The notes below the pieces were generated by a model, which ran no database searches, was not told the origin of the DNA, and saw nothing but the letters and a program-made list of their open reading frames with translations. 64,000 bases of DNA. Source: an uncultured Candidatus Binatia bacterium (GTDB lineage Bacteria; Desulfobacterota; Binatia; UBA9968; JAJDTQ01). Made by a program: the position numbers and the translations under genes. Position 1 is the stretch's first letter, and each line of letters starts with the position of its first letter. Positions 9,608 through 22,258 of the stretch are shown piece by piece. The stretch lies in contig OZ244070.1 of assembly GCA_965215605.1 (NCBI GenBank), positions 3,360,001 through 3,424,000 of the forward strand, in the 5' to 3' direction.

Positions 9608-10548
9608 TAGGATGCCGGCTCCGCGATGTGGCGCAGGATCGCCTCGACGGCCTGTCCCGCCCGCGCATCCGGGACCCTGCAGGATCCCACCACCCGGTGA
9701 CCGCCGCCGCCGTAGTGAGTCAGAAGCTCGCCGACGTTGACCGTGGAGGTGGTGTTGAAGATGTTGTAGCCCACCGAGATGGCGGTGGTGCCGGCCCGCT
9801 GAGAGTCCCGGGAAACCTTCATGGAGATGTTTCCGTCGGGGAAGAGCGTGTAGAGCAGGAACCGGTTGGCATCGGTCAGGTCCTCGGTGTCCCTGAGGTC
9901 AAGGAAGATGACGTTGCCACGGAGCTCGACGCGTTCCAGCAGTTGCCGGCGCAGCCGTTCCTGCAAGCCGAGGACACGCCGGCAACGCCGGTCCACCTCC
10001 GGGTCGTCCAGCACCTCGTCCAGGGAGCGGTCGCGGATCAGGTCGATGAGCCGGCGCCAGTAGGGCTCCTCGGCGCTTTCCTTGCCGTAGAGGGTCATGG
10101 AGATCAGCACGTAGCCCGCGGGGTCGAGAACGTCGTCCCGGGTCAGGGTGCCGCCGTCGATCTTGTCCGTATCCTCCAGCAGCGCGGTGAAGCGGTCGGT
10201 GCGCATCATGCGCAGGCCGTGGGCGTAGAGAGCGGGCGAAGCGCCGGGCACCTCCGAATAGTATTCGTACACCACCCGGGCCGCGCTCGGGGCCAGGCGG
10301 AAGCCGCCCCGACCCGGGACGATGGGGCGATCGAACCCCGAGGCCTCGTTGGTGAAGTGGTGGTCGAACCAAAGGGTGCATGCCGGGTGATAGGGGAGGT
10401 TGGCGATGATGTCCCCGGGGCGGATGTCGACGGCGCCGTCCTGCATGAACCTGGGTTCCACGAAAAGGTACGAATCGATGTCTTCCACGGCGGTGACGAG
10501 GGCGCCGCAGACAATGCCGTCGAAGTCGGGTCGCGTTACCAGCCTCAT
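9607..10548 (-). CDS. DHH-family phosphoesterase (nanoRNase/exopolyphosphatase-like)
   Basis: Start MRLVTRPDFDG, FDHH motif and C-terminal GGGH (DHHA1). Confidence 0.85.
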   Translation of the reverse strand: MRLVTRPDFDGIVCGALVTAVEDIDSYLFVEPRFMQDGAVDIRPGDIIANLPYHPACTLWFDHHFTNEASGFDRPIVPGRGGFRLAPSAARVVYEYYSEVPGASPALYAHGLRMMRTDRFTALLEDTDKIDGGTLTRDDVLDPAGYVLISMTLYGKESAEEPYWRRLIDLIRDRSLDEVLDDPEVDRRCRRVLGLQERLRRQLLERVELRGNVIFLDLRDTEDLTDANRFLLYTLFPDGNISMKVSRDSQRAGTTAISVGYNIFNTTSTVNVGELLTHYGGGGHRVVGSCRVPDARAGQAVEAILRHIAEPAS

Positions 10549-11663
10549 GCGCAGAGAACCTCGTCTACCGGCGTCAGGGGGAGCTTCAGGGCGCTGGCAA
10601 CGCCGGCGTGGGTGACCCGTCCGCGGTGGACGTTGAGTCCTCGCGCCAACGGCCGCATCTCCTGCATCCCGCGCCGCAGGCCCTTGTCCGCGATGACAAG
10701 GCCGTAGGACAGCGTGGCGTTGGTCAGGGCGTGGGTGGCCGTGTGCGGCACCAGCGCGGGCATGTTGGTGACGCAATAGTGCACCACCCGCTCCTCGACG
10801 TAGGTGGGCTCGCGGTGCGTGGTGGGCCGGGAGGTCTCGGCGAACCCACCCTGATCGATGGAAACGTCGACGATGGCCGCGCCGCGCTTCATCCGCTTGA
10901 TCCGGTCCCGCTCCAGCAGCATCGGCGTTCTGTCCCCGGTGATGAGCACGGAGCCGATGAGCAGGTCCGCGCCGGCGATCTCCTCCTCCAGGTTGGCTTG
11001 GTTGGACATGAGGGTGGTCAGGCGTCCGCCGAGAATGTCGTGGATATACCGCAGCCGGGCGGGGTTCACGTCCAGCACGCTGACGTCGGCGCCCATGCCG
11101 GCCGCCACCTGGCACGCCGAGGCCCCCACGGTACCCGCTCCCAGCACCACCACCTTTCCCGGCCGGACTCCCGAGGCGCCTCCCAACAACACCCCTCTGC
11201 CGCCGCTCTCCGCCTGCAGGCACCAGGCCCCCACCTGCAGCGACAGCCGCCCGGCGATTTCGCTCATGGGAGTCAGCAGCGGCAGCGTGCCGTCGTCGAG
11301 CGCGATGGTTTCGTAGCCGATGGCGGTGACGCCCTTCTCGCACAGCGCGTGGGTGAGCTCGGGTTGGGCGGCCAGGTGGAGGTAGGTGAAGAGCGCGAGT
11401 TCCGGCCTCAGGCGGGCGAACTCCTCGGGTACCGGCTCCTTGACCTTCATGACGAGGTCGGAGCCGTCCCACACGTCTCCGGCGCGATCCACCACCGTGG
11501 CCCCGTTGGCGGTGTAGGCCCGGTTGGGAATATGGCTGCCCCGGCCGGCGTTGCGTTCCACCAGCACCCGATGACCGTGGGCGATGAACGCGGCCGCTCC
11601 GGCGGGCGTCAGCGCGACTCTGTTTTCGTCGGTTTTCAACTCCTTGGGGACGCCTACGACCAT
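10545..11663 (-). CDS. ald: Alanine dehydrogenase
   Basis: MVVGVPKELKTDENRV, KVKEP, YLHLAA, MSEIAGR, DQGG and YCVTNMP motifs. Confidence 0.93.
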   Translation of the reverse strand: MVVGVPKELKTDENRVALTPAGAAAFIAHGHRVLVERNAGRGSHIPNRAYTANGATVVDRAGDVWDGSDLVMKVKEPVPEEFARLRPELALFTYLHLAAQPELTHALCEKGVTAIGYETIALDDGTLPLLTPMSEIAGRLSLQVGAWCLQAESGGRGVLLGGASGVRPGKVVVLGAGTVGASACQVAAGMGADVSVLDVNPARLRYIHDILGGRLTTLMSNQANLEEEIAGADLLIGSVLITGDRTPMLLERDRIKRMKRGAAIVDVSIDQGGFAETSRPTTHREPTYVEERVVHYCVTNMPALVPHTATHALTNATLSYGLVIADKGLRRGMQEMRPLARGLNVHRGRVTHAGVASALKLPLTPVDEVLCA

Positions 11664-11838
11664 TGATTCATTGGTACGTGAGCACCATCGGAGTGTCAAG
11701 ACGGCGTCGGCGGCGGGCTCCCCGCGGTGGTTTTATTGACCTCGTACTCCGGGCGTGTTAACGGGGAATTCAAGACCTGTTGCAAGCGGCATTCCGCGGG
11801 AGCGGAATGCCGGAGAGGGGCAGCGGAGCGGCAACACG

Positions 11839-12684
11839 ATGATTATCGACGGCAAGGCGGTGGCGAAGCAGGTGCGGGAGGAGGTGCGGAGGGACACGGA
11901 GCGCCTCCGCAGCGATCACGGCGTCGTGCCCGGGTTGGGCGTGGTGCTGGTGGGGGAAGACCCGGCGTCGCGCCTGTACGTACGGAACAAGGAAAAGGCG
12001 TGCGCGGACGCGGGCATCCGCTCGGTGGAGCACCTTTTCCCCGCGTCGGTGACCCAGCCCGAGCTCCTCGACCTGATCGGGCGCCTCAACCAGGACCCGG
12101 CCATACACGGTATTCTCGTGCAACTGCCGCTTCCCGACCACATCGCCGCCGACCGGATCCTCGAGGCGGTCTCTCCGGACAAGGACGTGGACGGCTTCCA
12201 CCCGGTGAACCAGGGGCTGCTGCTCTCCGGCGGCGACGGCTTCAAGCCCTGCACGCCCCTGGGGATCATGAGGCTGCTGGATTCGGTGGACTGCGAGCTC
12301 AAGGGCAAGACGGCTTTGGTGGTGGGCCGCAGCAACATCGTCGGCAAGCCGGTGGCGCTGATGCTGCTCGCGCGGCACGCCACGGTGACGCTTTGCCACT
12401 CGCGCACCCTCGACTTGGGCGGGGAGGTGGGGCGGGCGGATGTGGTGGTGGCGGCGGTGGGCAAGGCGCATGCCATTCGCGGCGAATGGATCAAGCCCGG
12501 CGCGGTGGTGATCGACGTGGGTATCAACCGGCTGCCCACCGGCAAGCTGGCGGGTGACGTCGAGTTCGAGCCGGCCCAGGAGCGGGCTTCGTGGATTTCC
12601 CCGGTGCCCGGAGGCGTCGGACCCATGACCATCGGCATGCTGCTTTCCAACACGCTGCTGTCGGCGCGGCGATCCCTGGAATAG
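11839..12684 (+). CDS. folD: Methylenetetrahydrofolate dehydrogenase/cyclohydrolase
   Basis: [27 protein letters not shown] and [10 protein letters not shown] motifs. Confidence 0.96.
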   Translation: MIIDGKAVAKQVREEVRRDTERLRSDHGVVPGLGVVLVGEDPASRLYVRNKEKACADAGIRSVEHLFPASVTQPELLDLIGRLNQDPAIHGILVQLPLPDHIAADRILEAVSPDKDVDGFHPVNQGLLLSGGDGFKPCTPLGIMRLLDSVDCELKGKTALVVGRSNIVGKPVALMLLARHATVTLCHSRTLDLGGEVGRADVVVAAVGKAHAIRGEWIKPGAVVIDVGINRLPTGKLAGDVEFEPAQERASWISPVPGGVGPMTIGMLLSNTLLSARRSLE

Positions 12685-12700
12685 GGCGAGGGTAGACGCC

Positions 12701-13780
12701 GTGGCCGGAGAAACGCCTCCCGGGAGGACTCCCCTCCACGCCCGCCATACGGCTCTCGGAGCCCGCATGGTGGAGTTCGCGGGGTGGGAGATGCCGGTCC
12801 AGTACCAGGGCATCCAGGCCGAGCACGTTGCGGTACGGACCCGCGCCGGGCTCTTCGACGTCAGCCACATGGGGGAGATCGAGGCCGCGGGTCCCGGCGC
12901 CTCCCGGTTCTGTCAACGGGTCACCACCAACGACGTCGAGCGGCTGAGCCCCTCGCAGGCGCAGTACACGCTGCTGCTGAACGAGCGGGCGGGAGTCATC
13001 GACGACCTGGTGATCTTCAGGCTGGAGGCCGAGCGGTACCTGCTGTGCGTCAACGCCTCCAGGCGGGCCGTAGACTTCGACTGGCTGGCAAGCCATGCGG
13101 GCGAAGACGTGACGGTACGCGACGTCAGCGACTCCTACGCGCTGCTGGCGCTCCAGGGGCCGGAGGCAGAGGGCATCCTCCAGCGGTTCACCGCGGCGGA
13201 GTTGCCGGCCGTCGAGGCGTTCAGCTTCGTTGCGGCCGAGGTGAGCGGGGTTCCCTGTATCGTTTCGCGCACGGGGTACACCGGGGAGGACGGCTTCGAG
13301 CTCTATTGCCCGGCGGCAGAGGCAGTCCGGTTATGGGACGCTCTGGCGGGTACCGGCGACGTGGAGCCTGCCGGGCTGGGGGCCAGGGATACGCTCCGTC
13401 TCGAAAAGGGTTTCCCGCTGTACGGCCACGAGCTCGACGAGACCACGACGCCGCCGGAGGCACGGCTCGGGTGGGTCACGAAGCTCGAAAAGGGACCGTT
13501 CATCGGCTCCGATGTCTTGTCCCGGAAGGAGCCGTTGGGGCGCCGCCTCGTGGGTCTGGAGATGGAAGGGGCGGGTATCGCCCGTGAGGGCTATCCGATT
13601 TTTCACGACGCCCGCGAGGTCGGACGGGTGACCAGCGGTACGCTTTCGCCGACTCTGGGGAAGGCCATCGCCCTGGCGTACGTATCGACGGAAGCGGCGG
13701 CTCTCGGCACGGAGGTGGGGGTGGAGATCCGCCGCCGACGGGTTCCGGCCCGTACCGTGCGGGTACCGTTCGTCCGCTAG
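12701..13780 (+). CDS. gcvT: Glycine cleavage T protein
   Basis: FAGWEMPVQY, FDVSHMG, RTGYTGEDGFE and GLGARDTLRLE motifs. Confidence 0.95.
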   Translation: MAGETPPGRTPLHARHTALGARMVEFAGWEMPVQYQGIQAEHVAVRTRAGLFDVSHMGEIEAAGPGASRFCQRVTTNDVERLSPSQAQYTLLLNERAGVIDDLVIFRLEAERYLLCVNASRRAVDFDWLASHAGEDVTVRDVSDSYALLALQGPEAEGILQRFTAAELPAVEAFSFVAAEVSGVPCIVSRTGYTGEDGFELYCPAAEAVRLWDALAGTGDVEPAGLGARDTLRLEKGFPLYGHELDETTTPPEARLGWVTKLEKGPFIGSDVLSRKEPLGRRLVGLEMEGAGIAREGYPIFHDAREVGRVTSGTLSPTLGKAIALAYVSTEAAALGTEVGVEIRRRRVPARTVRVPFVR

Positions 13781-13849
13781 CCCAACGCGCGCCGGCAGCG
13801 CCGGGCGGGGTGTGCCGGCAAGAGCACACGGACCGCCAAGGAGGAACAG

Positions 13850-14253
13850 ATGGAGTACCCGAAGGGTCTGAAGTATTCGCGGGAGCACGAGTGGGTCTCG
13901 GTGGAAGCCGGCGACACCGGGGTCATCGGGATCTCGGACTTCGCGCAGAACGAGCTGGGCGACGTGGTCTACGTGGAGGTGCCGGAGTTGGGAGAGAAGA
14001 TCAGCAAGGACGATCCCTTCGGCGCGGTGGAGTCGGTGAAGGCCGTGTCGGATCTCTACGCCCCGGTCAGCGGCACGGTCACCGAGGTCAATGACGCGCT
14101 GCCGGATACTCCGGGGCTCATCAACGAAGACCCTTACGGAGAAGGCTGGATCGTCAAGGTCACCCTGTCGGACATCGACGAGCTGGACGATCTGATGACG
14201 CCGGAGGAGTATGCGGACTTTTGTGAGGGTCAGGAGGATGACGACGACGGCGC

Positions 14254-14257
<4 letters not shown>
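13850..14257 (+). CDS. gcvH: Glycine cleavage H protein
   Basis: HEWV, lipoyl motif VESVKAVSD and [10 protein letters not shown]. Confidence 0.96.
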
Positions 14258-17142
<2,885 letters not shown>

Positions 17143-17238
17143 AGCTTGCCGGCGCCTGTCAATCGGCCGGCTTTTGGGCTAGAATCGGTGCGTCGTTCCG
17201 TGACTCAGACGACCCGAAGCACACGAGGGGACCCCGCC

Positions 17239-17433
17239 ATGTTTGGTCTTGGAATCTGGGAACTTCTGATAATTCTGGTGATCGTCCTGGTGCTGTTCAG
17301 CCGAAGGCTGCCGGAGCTCGGCTCGGGGCTGGGCAAGGGAATCAAGGGTTTCCGCAAGTCGCTGCACGACCCGGACGAGATCGATGTGACCGGGACCGAC
17401 AAGGGGGAAGGGGAGGGTCCCAAGAAGGAATGA
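17239..17433 (+). CDS. tatA: Twin-arginine translocase subunit TatA/E
   Basis: [32 protein letters not shown]. Confidence 0.9.
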   Translation: MFGLGIWELLIILVIVLVLFSRRLPELGSGLGKGIKGFRKSLHDPDEIDVTGTDKGEGEGPKKE

Positions 17434-17481
17434 CCTCTCCGAGGACCCGCAGTTTCTAAAGCCTGCTTGCGGAACCCGAGA

Positions 17482-18570
17482 CTAGGCGGCGGCCTCGGCG
17501 GAGACCACCCGGCAACTGAAGGATTCCACCGCCGTCTTGGGTTTCGGAAAGACGATGGTGAAGTCGGCGGACCCGTTGGGCGCGATCCGGTAGCTGCTCT
17601 GGGGCTTGAGGCTCTGAAGCAGCGAGATCTCGCGAAAGGTCATGTCCTGGATGATCTTGGCCGATATGGCGTTTCCCACGAACGTGACCTGCTGTGCTAT
17701 CTGTTTTCCTTCCGCGTCGAAGAGTCGCGCCTCGATCCGTACCTTGTGGATGCTCCGGTCGTTGCGGTTGGTGAGCTTCCCGGAAACGATGTAGACCTCG
17801 GTCCGGTTCAGGACCGGCCTGACTCCCGATACCAGCGACTCGACCACCAGAGTCTGCTTGAAGTGCCGGTTGTCGAAGACGGCGCTTCCGTACCACGGGA
17901 TCCGCCGTATCAGGGAGTCCAGGGGCTGTGGATTGGCCTGATAGATCAGCGCTACCAGAACGAAGGCGAGCACGGCCAGGCCCACGAGGCTCGCCATCGG
18001 CATGATCGAGCCTCTGGAATCCCCGAGTTGTCCGAGCAGCGGCCTTCCCGGCGGCGGCGCTTCCCGCGTGGGAGTCGCCGGGGAGTCATCCGCGATCTCG
18101 AAGTCCGGCTGCCGCTGGTCCAGGTCCGGGGAATCATCGTCTTCGGCCGCGGTCTCCTCCACCGGGTCCATCGCCGGCGCTTCCGCGGGCAGGGCTTCCG
18201 GGGCTCCGATCTCGAAGCCACGGTAGGAAGGGGCCAGGTCGCCGCCGCCGCCCTCGTTCGGATCGAGGTTGGCAAGGTCCGGCGCCGCCGGCTCCGTCGT
18301 TGCCGCGATGGTCTCCGGGGGCGATTCCGGCGTGTCCCCCGCTGGCGGGGTGTCCGGCTCGTCGGCGAGGTCCGGCGGGTCGCCGGTCCCGGAAACCTCG
18401 TCCGGCTGCTGCTCCGCGGCTGCAGGCGCTTCCTCGCCGGCCGACTGCAAGCGCACCTGGACCATGAAGACGTGCTGGCAGCGAGTGCAACGGAAGGTGG
18501 GCTTGGGTGCGTCGAAGACGCTGCCGCTCACCTTATAGGTGGTGGAACAGTTGGGACAGCGGATGATCAT
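17482..18570 (-). CDS. Zinc-ribbon (MJ0042-type) membrane protein, DUF3426-like
   Basis: CPNC..CTRC N-terminus, acidic Pro-rich linker, one TM helix and a C-terminal beta domain. Confidence 0.8.
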   Translation of the reverse strand: MIIRCPNCSTTYKVSGSVFDAPKPTFRCTRCQHVFMVQVRLQSAGEEAPAAAEQQPDEVSGTGDPPDLADEPDTPPAGDTPESPPETIAATTEPAAPDLANLDPNEGGGGDLAPSYRGFEIGAPEALPAEAPAMDPVEETAAEDDDSPDLDQRQPDFEIADDSPATPTREAPPPGRPLLGQLGDSRGSIMPMASLVGLAVLAFVLVALIYQANPQPLDSLIRRIPWYGSAVFDNRHFKQTLVVESLVSGVRPVLNRTEVYIVSGKLTNRNDRSIHKVRIEARLFDAEGKQIAQQVTFVGNAISAKIIQDMTFREISLLQSLKPQSSYRIAPNGSADFTIVFPKPKTAVESFSCRVVSAEAAA

Positions 18571-19562
18571 ATCGCGAATTCCAGGTCACCGACATCCAGG
18601 TTTTCCTTCCAGCTCGTCCACATGTTCGTGGTCAGATATCGGCTGCCGAAATCGGGAAACACCGTCACCACGGTCCCGTGGGTGAGTTGCCGGGCGATTC
18701 TCAACGCCGCGACCATGGCGGCCCCGGAGGATTGTCCCACCATCAGTCCCTCTTCCTGGCTGAGGCGATAGACCATGTCGTAGGCGTCCTCCGTGGACAC
18801 GGGAACTTTGAGGTCCAGTTCCTCCTCGTGGTAGATCCCCGGGACGATGGAGCTGGCCATGTGCTTCAACCCCTCAAGTCCGTGCAGCGGTGCGTCCGGC
18901 TCTACCCCGATGACCGCGATCCGGGGATCCCGCTCCCTGAGAAACCGTCCGGCCCCCATCACGGTGCCGCCGGTGCCGACGCCGGCGACGAAATGGCTGA
19001 CCGCGCCCTCGGTCTGCCGGTAGATCTCCGGGCCGGTGGTCTCGTAGTGGGTCTGGCTGTTCATGGGATTGAAGTATTGATCGGGCTTGAAATACCTTCC
19101 CGGATCCTCGCCGACGATCTTGCGGCAAAGCCGGATGGCGCCGTCGGATCCTTCGAGGGGGTCGCTGTAGACGATGTCCGCGCCGAAGAACCGGATGATG
19201 CCCTTGCGTTCCTCGCTGACGTTGGAAGGCACTACCAGGCGGACGCCGTGGCCCAGCGCCGCGCCCACCATGGCGATGGCGATGCCGGTGTTGCCGGACG
19301 TCGAATCGATGATGATCTGTCCGGGTTTGAGCCGGCCCGTCCGGATCCCTTCCTGGATCATTCCGAGCGCGGGCCGATCCTTCACGGAGCCGCCGGGGTT
19401 GAACCCTTCGAGCTTCGCCAGAATGCGCACTCCCGGGGCGAGGTCGCGGGCGATTCGGCCGATCCGGACCAGGGGAGTGTTGCCCACGAGCTCGGTGACG
19501 GTCTCGACTTTTCGTAGCTCCCGTGCCGGCGGTGGGGCGTTCTTCCTTAAAGCGGTGAGCAA
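18567..19562 (-). CDS. cysM: Cysteine synthase family protein (CysM-like)
   Basis: PLP Lys in NPGGSVKDR, TSGNTG and GTGGT motifs. Confidence 0.85.
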   Translation of the reverse strand: MLTALRKNAPPPARELRKVETVTELVGNTPLVRIGRIARDLAPGVRILAKLEGFNPGGSVKDRPALGMIQEGIRTGRLKPGQIIIDSTSGNTGIAIAMVGAALGHGVRLVVPSNVSEERKGIIRFFGADIVYSDPLEGSDGAIRLCRKIVGEDPGRYFKPDQYFNPMNSQTHYETTGPEIYRQTEGAVSHFVAGVGTGGTVMGAGRFLRERDPRIAVIGVEPDAPLHGLEGLKHMASSIVPGIYHEEELDLKVPVSTEDAYDMVYRLSQEEGLMVGQSSGAAMVAALRIARQLTHGTVVTVFPDFGSRYLTTNMWTSWKENLDVGDLEFAI

Positions 19563-19566
19563 GCGG

Positions 19567-19845
19567 CTACATGCCTCCGGCGATGGCCGGCACGATGGAT
19601 ATGCTGTCTCCGTCCTTCAACGCGGTATCCAGGTTCTTGAGGAAGCGGATGTCGTCTCCGTTGACGTAGACGTTTACGAACCGGCGAACCTTGCCATTTT
19701 CGTCCATGATGCGTTCCTTGATGCCGGGGTGATTCTGCTCGAGATCGTCCAGCATGGCCGAAACCGTGGCGCCGTTGGCGCCGACCTCATCCGATCCCTC
19801 GGTGAACTTTCTCAACGGTGTGGGGACACGTACACGAACACTCAT
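19567..19845 (-). CDS. MoaD/ThiS/CysO-family sulfur carrier protein ending GG-M
   Basis: MSVRVRVPTPLR..RFVNVYVNGDDIR..PAIAGGM; RBS GGAGG upstream. Confidence 0.9.
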   Translation of the reverse strand: MSVRVRVPTPLRKFTEGSDEVGANGATVSAMLDDLEQNHPGIKERIMDENGKVRRFVNVYVNGDDIRFLKNLDTALKDGDSISIVPAIAGGM

Positions 19846-19866
19846 GAAAGGACCTCCCTGTATGGT

Positions 19867-19926
19867 CTGGTGTCCTGTCCGGTCAATTCGCATCTTATGA
19901 TACGAATTGACCGGACAGGACACCAG
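19867..19926. mobile_element. 60-bp MITE-like element made of two IS630-type terminal repeats
   Basis: Perfect 24-bp inverted repeat CTGGTGTCCTGTCCGGTCAATTCG around a 12-nt spacer; 19/24 identical to each end of the IS630 at 23739-24898. Confidence 0.7.
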
Positions 19927-19975
19927 GATAAATCCGGTTTGCGGCCATTTCAACACGGGGACGCGGGCGAACCGG

Positions 19976-21241
19976 TCATCCTGCCCGCGCTTTCTCGCGG
20001 GTTCCCCGTGACAGCTCGGCGTGCAGCGCGTCGAAGGTGCCCAGGGTCGCGTCGATGCTGTAGGGCCGATCGACGATGTGCGCCACCGTCTCGATCGTCT
20101 TGTAGCCGTTCCCTGTAATGGAGATGACGATGGACTCGTCCCGCGGAATCCGGCCCTGCTCGATCAGCTTCCTCGTTACAGCAACTTCCGTGCCACCCGC
20201 CGGTTCCGTGAAAATTCCCTCGGTGGCCGCCAGCAGCTTGATGCCGTCGAGAATCTCTTCGTCGGTGACGTTTTCTCCCCAGCCGCCGGTCTCCTTGACG
20301 GTTTGAATCACGTAGTAGCCGTCGGCCGGGTTACCGATGGCGATGGAGGTGGCGATGGTGTCGGGTTTCACCGGATCGACCACGTCCGTACCCTTCTTGA
20401 GGGCGTCGATAATGGGGGAGCAGCCCGCCGCCTGGGCGGAGTAGATGCTGCACGGCTCGTCCGGACCCACCAACCCCACGGTCCGAAGTTCCTTGAACGC
20501 CTTGCCGAGCTTGGGAAGAATGGTTCCGCCCGCGGAGCCCACGACGATGTGGCGCGGCAGCTTCCAGCCGAGCTGCTCGGCGACCTCGAAGGCATGAGTC
20601 TTGGCCCCCTCGGAGTAGTAGGGCCTGAGGTTCACGTTGACGAAGGCCCACTGGTACTTGTCGCCGATCTCACTGCAAAGGCGGTTGACGTCGTCGTACG
20701 TCCCCTTGACGGCCACCGTGCGGGGGCCGTAGATGGCGGAGCCGACGATCTTCCCTTCCTCCAGCCCCTCGGGAATGAAGACGTAGCAGTTGAGTCCGGC
20801 GCTGGCGGCGTGGGCCGACACCGAGTTGGCCAGGTTCCCGGTGGATGCGCACGAGACGGTCTCGTAGCCGAACTCGATGGCCTTGGAGATGGCCACCGAC
20901 ACGACCCGGTCCTTGTAGGAGAAGGTCGGGTGGTTCACCGAGTCGTCCTTGATGTAGAGCTCGTCGACGCCCAACGCCTCGCCCAGGCGGCGGGCCCGTA
21001 TGAGCGGCGTGAAGCCCGAGTAGAGTCCCACCCTGGGGTCTTCCTCGATGGGCAAGAGCTCCCGGTAGCGCCACAGGTTGCGCGCCCGCGAGGCGATCTT
21101 CTCCCGACTCATGCTCTGGCGGATTCGGTCATAGTCGTATTCCACCTCGAGCGGGCCGAAGCAGTCCTCGCACACGTGGAGAGGGGCGGTGGAATAGTTT
21201 CGATGACACTCCCGGCATTTCAGTCCTTGAACAAAGCTCAT
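19976..21241 (-). CDS. Threonine synthase-like PLP enzyme (possible O-phosphohomoserine sulfhydrylase)
   Basis: N-terminal CxxC..CxxC, PTFSYKDR PLP Lys, ASTGN and EPAGG; flanked by moeB and the sulfur carrier under a SAM riboswitch. Confidence 0.85.
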   Translation of the reverse strand: MSFVQGLKCRECHRNYSTAPLHVCEDCFGPLEVEYDYDRIRQSMSREKIASRARNLWRYRELLPIEEDPRVGLYSGFTPLIRARRLGEALGVDELYIKDDSVNHPTFSYKDRVVSVAISKAIEFGYETVSCASTGNLANSVSAHAASAGLNCYVFIPEGLEEGKIVGSAIYGPRTVAVKGTYDDVNRLCSEIGDKYQWAFVNVNLRPYYSEGAKTHAFEVAEQLGWKLPRHIVVGSAGGTILPKLGKAFKELRTVGLVGPDEPCSIYSAQAAGCSPIIDALKKGTDVVDPVKPDTIATSIAIGNPADGYYVIQTVKETGGWGENVTDEEILDGIKLLAATEGIFTEPAGGTEVAVTRKLIEQGRIPRDESIVISITGNGYKTIETVAHIVDRPYSIDATLGTFDALHAELSRGTREKARAG

Positions 21242-22026
21242 GCATCACTCCTTTGGGAGGCGGGCGAACCGGCGGACCCGCCGCAAGCCTTGCAGCGTGG
21301 GTTCGGCGGCACGGGTACCTTGCGTACCTCCATGGTCTTGGCGTCGTAGGTCAGCAGCCGGTTCACCAGCAGATGCTCCTCGAGTCCCACGATGTACTTG
21401 ATGGCCTCGGTGGCCTGGATGGACCCGATGGTTCCGGCCACCGCGCCGAGGATGCCGGCCTGCTGGCAGCCGAGGACCTCGCCCGGCGCCGGCGGTTCCT
21501 CGAACAGGCAGCGGTAACAGGCGCTCTCCGGCGGCACCACGGTCATGGTCTGCCCCTGGAGGCGGACGATGCCGGCGTGGGAGAAGGGCTTGCCCAGCGA
21601 CACGGCGACGTCGTTGACGAGGAACTTGGTGTCGAAATTATCGCTGCCGTCGATGATGAAGTCGTAGGGCGTCATGAGCTCGGCGGCGTTCTCGGCCGTC
21701 AAGCGCCCGTCGTGGACCGCCACGTCCACTTCGGCGTTGATCTCCGCGAGTCGCGACCGCGCCGATTCCACCTTGCGCCGGCCCCGGTCCGCCGTGGTGT
21801 GGAGGATCTGCCGCTGCAGGTTGGAAAGGTCCACCGTGTCGCCGTCCACGATGCCGAGCCTGCCGATGCCGGCAGCGGCCAGGTAGAAGGCGGCGGGGCT
21901 TCCCAAGCCGCCGGCGCCCACCACCAGGACGCTGGCCTGGCGCAGGCGGATCTGCCCGCCGCCGCCGACGTCGGGGATCATGATCTGGCGGCTATACCGC
22001 TCGACTTGCTCGGGATTCAGACGCAT
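21238..22026 (-). CDS. MoeB/ThiF family adenylyltransferase (no rhodanese domain)
   Basis: RYSRQI, GAGGLG, SNLQRQ, CYRC and CKAC motifs. Confidence 0.92.
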   Translation of the reverse strand: MRLNPEQVERYSRQIMIPDVGGGGQIRLRQASVLVVGAGGLGSPAAFYLAAAGIGRLGIVDGDTVDLSNLQRQILHTTADRGRRKVESARSRLAEINAEVDVAVHDGRLTAENAAELMTPYDFIIDGSDNFDTKFLVNDVAVSLGKPFSHAGIVRLQGQTMTVVPPESACYRCLFEEPPAPGEVLGCQQAGILGAVAGTIGSIQATEAIKYIVGLEEHLLVNRLLTYDAKTMEVRKVPVPPNPRCKACGGSAGSPASQRSDA

Positions 22027-22044
22027 GGACCTGGCTCACAAACG

Positions 22045-22077
22045 AAAAAAAACCTCTTCCAAGATGAGAAGAGGTTT
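22045..22077 (-). terminator. Intrinsic terminator, expression platform of the SAM-I riboswitch
   Basis: Minus-strand stem AAACCTCTTC/GAAGAGGTTT followed by a T run, between the aptamer and the moeB start. Confidence 0.8.
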
Positions 22078-22085
22078 CTCCTCAC

Positions 22086-22184
22086 CTTATCTGTCCCTTG
22101 CGGGCCGGAATTAGCACCTGCGTTCCCTTGGGGACGCGGTTGCTGTGGCTTCGACGGGCCTGTCCCTCCACCACTCTGGATAAG
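22086..22184 (-). ncRNA. SAM-I (S-box) riboswitch
   Basis: Minus strand reads CTTATCCAGAG-TGGTGGAGGGACAGGCCC..GAAGCCACAGCAACC..GGTGCTAATTCC..AGATAAG, the canonical SAM-I core. Confidence 0.93.
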
Positions 22185-22258
22185 GCGTCAGTTCGTTACG
22201 GGGATTCTACATGGTTTTCCGTCATTGCGCAATTTCCATAATACGCGGTTCCCGCGTG

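Noticed and set aside
11700-12700. Glycine or THF riboswitch ahead of folD/gcvT
   Set aside because: The intergenic gaps are short and I found no aptamer consensus.
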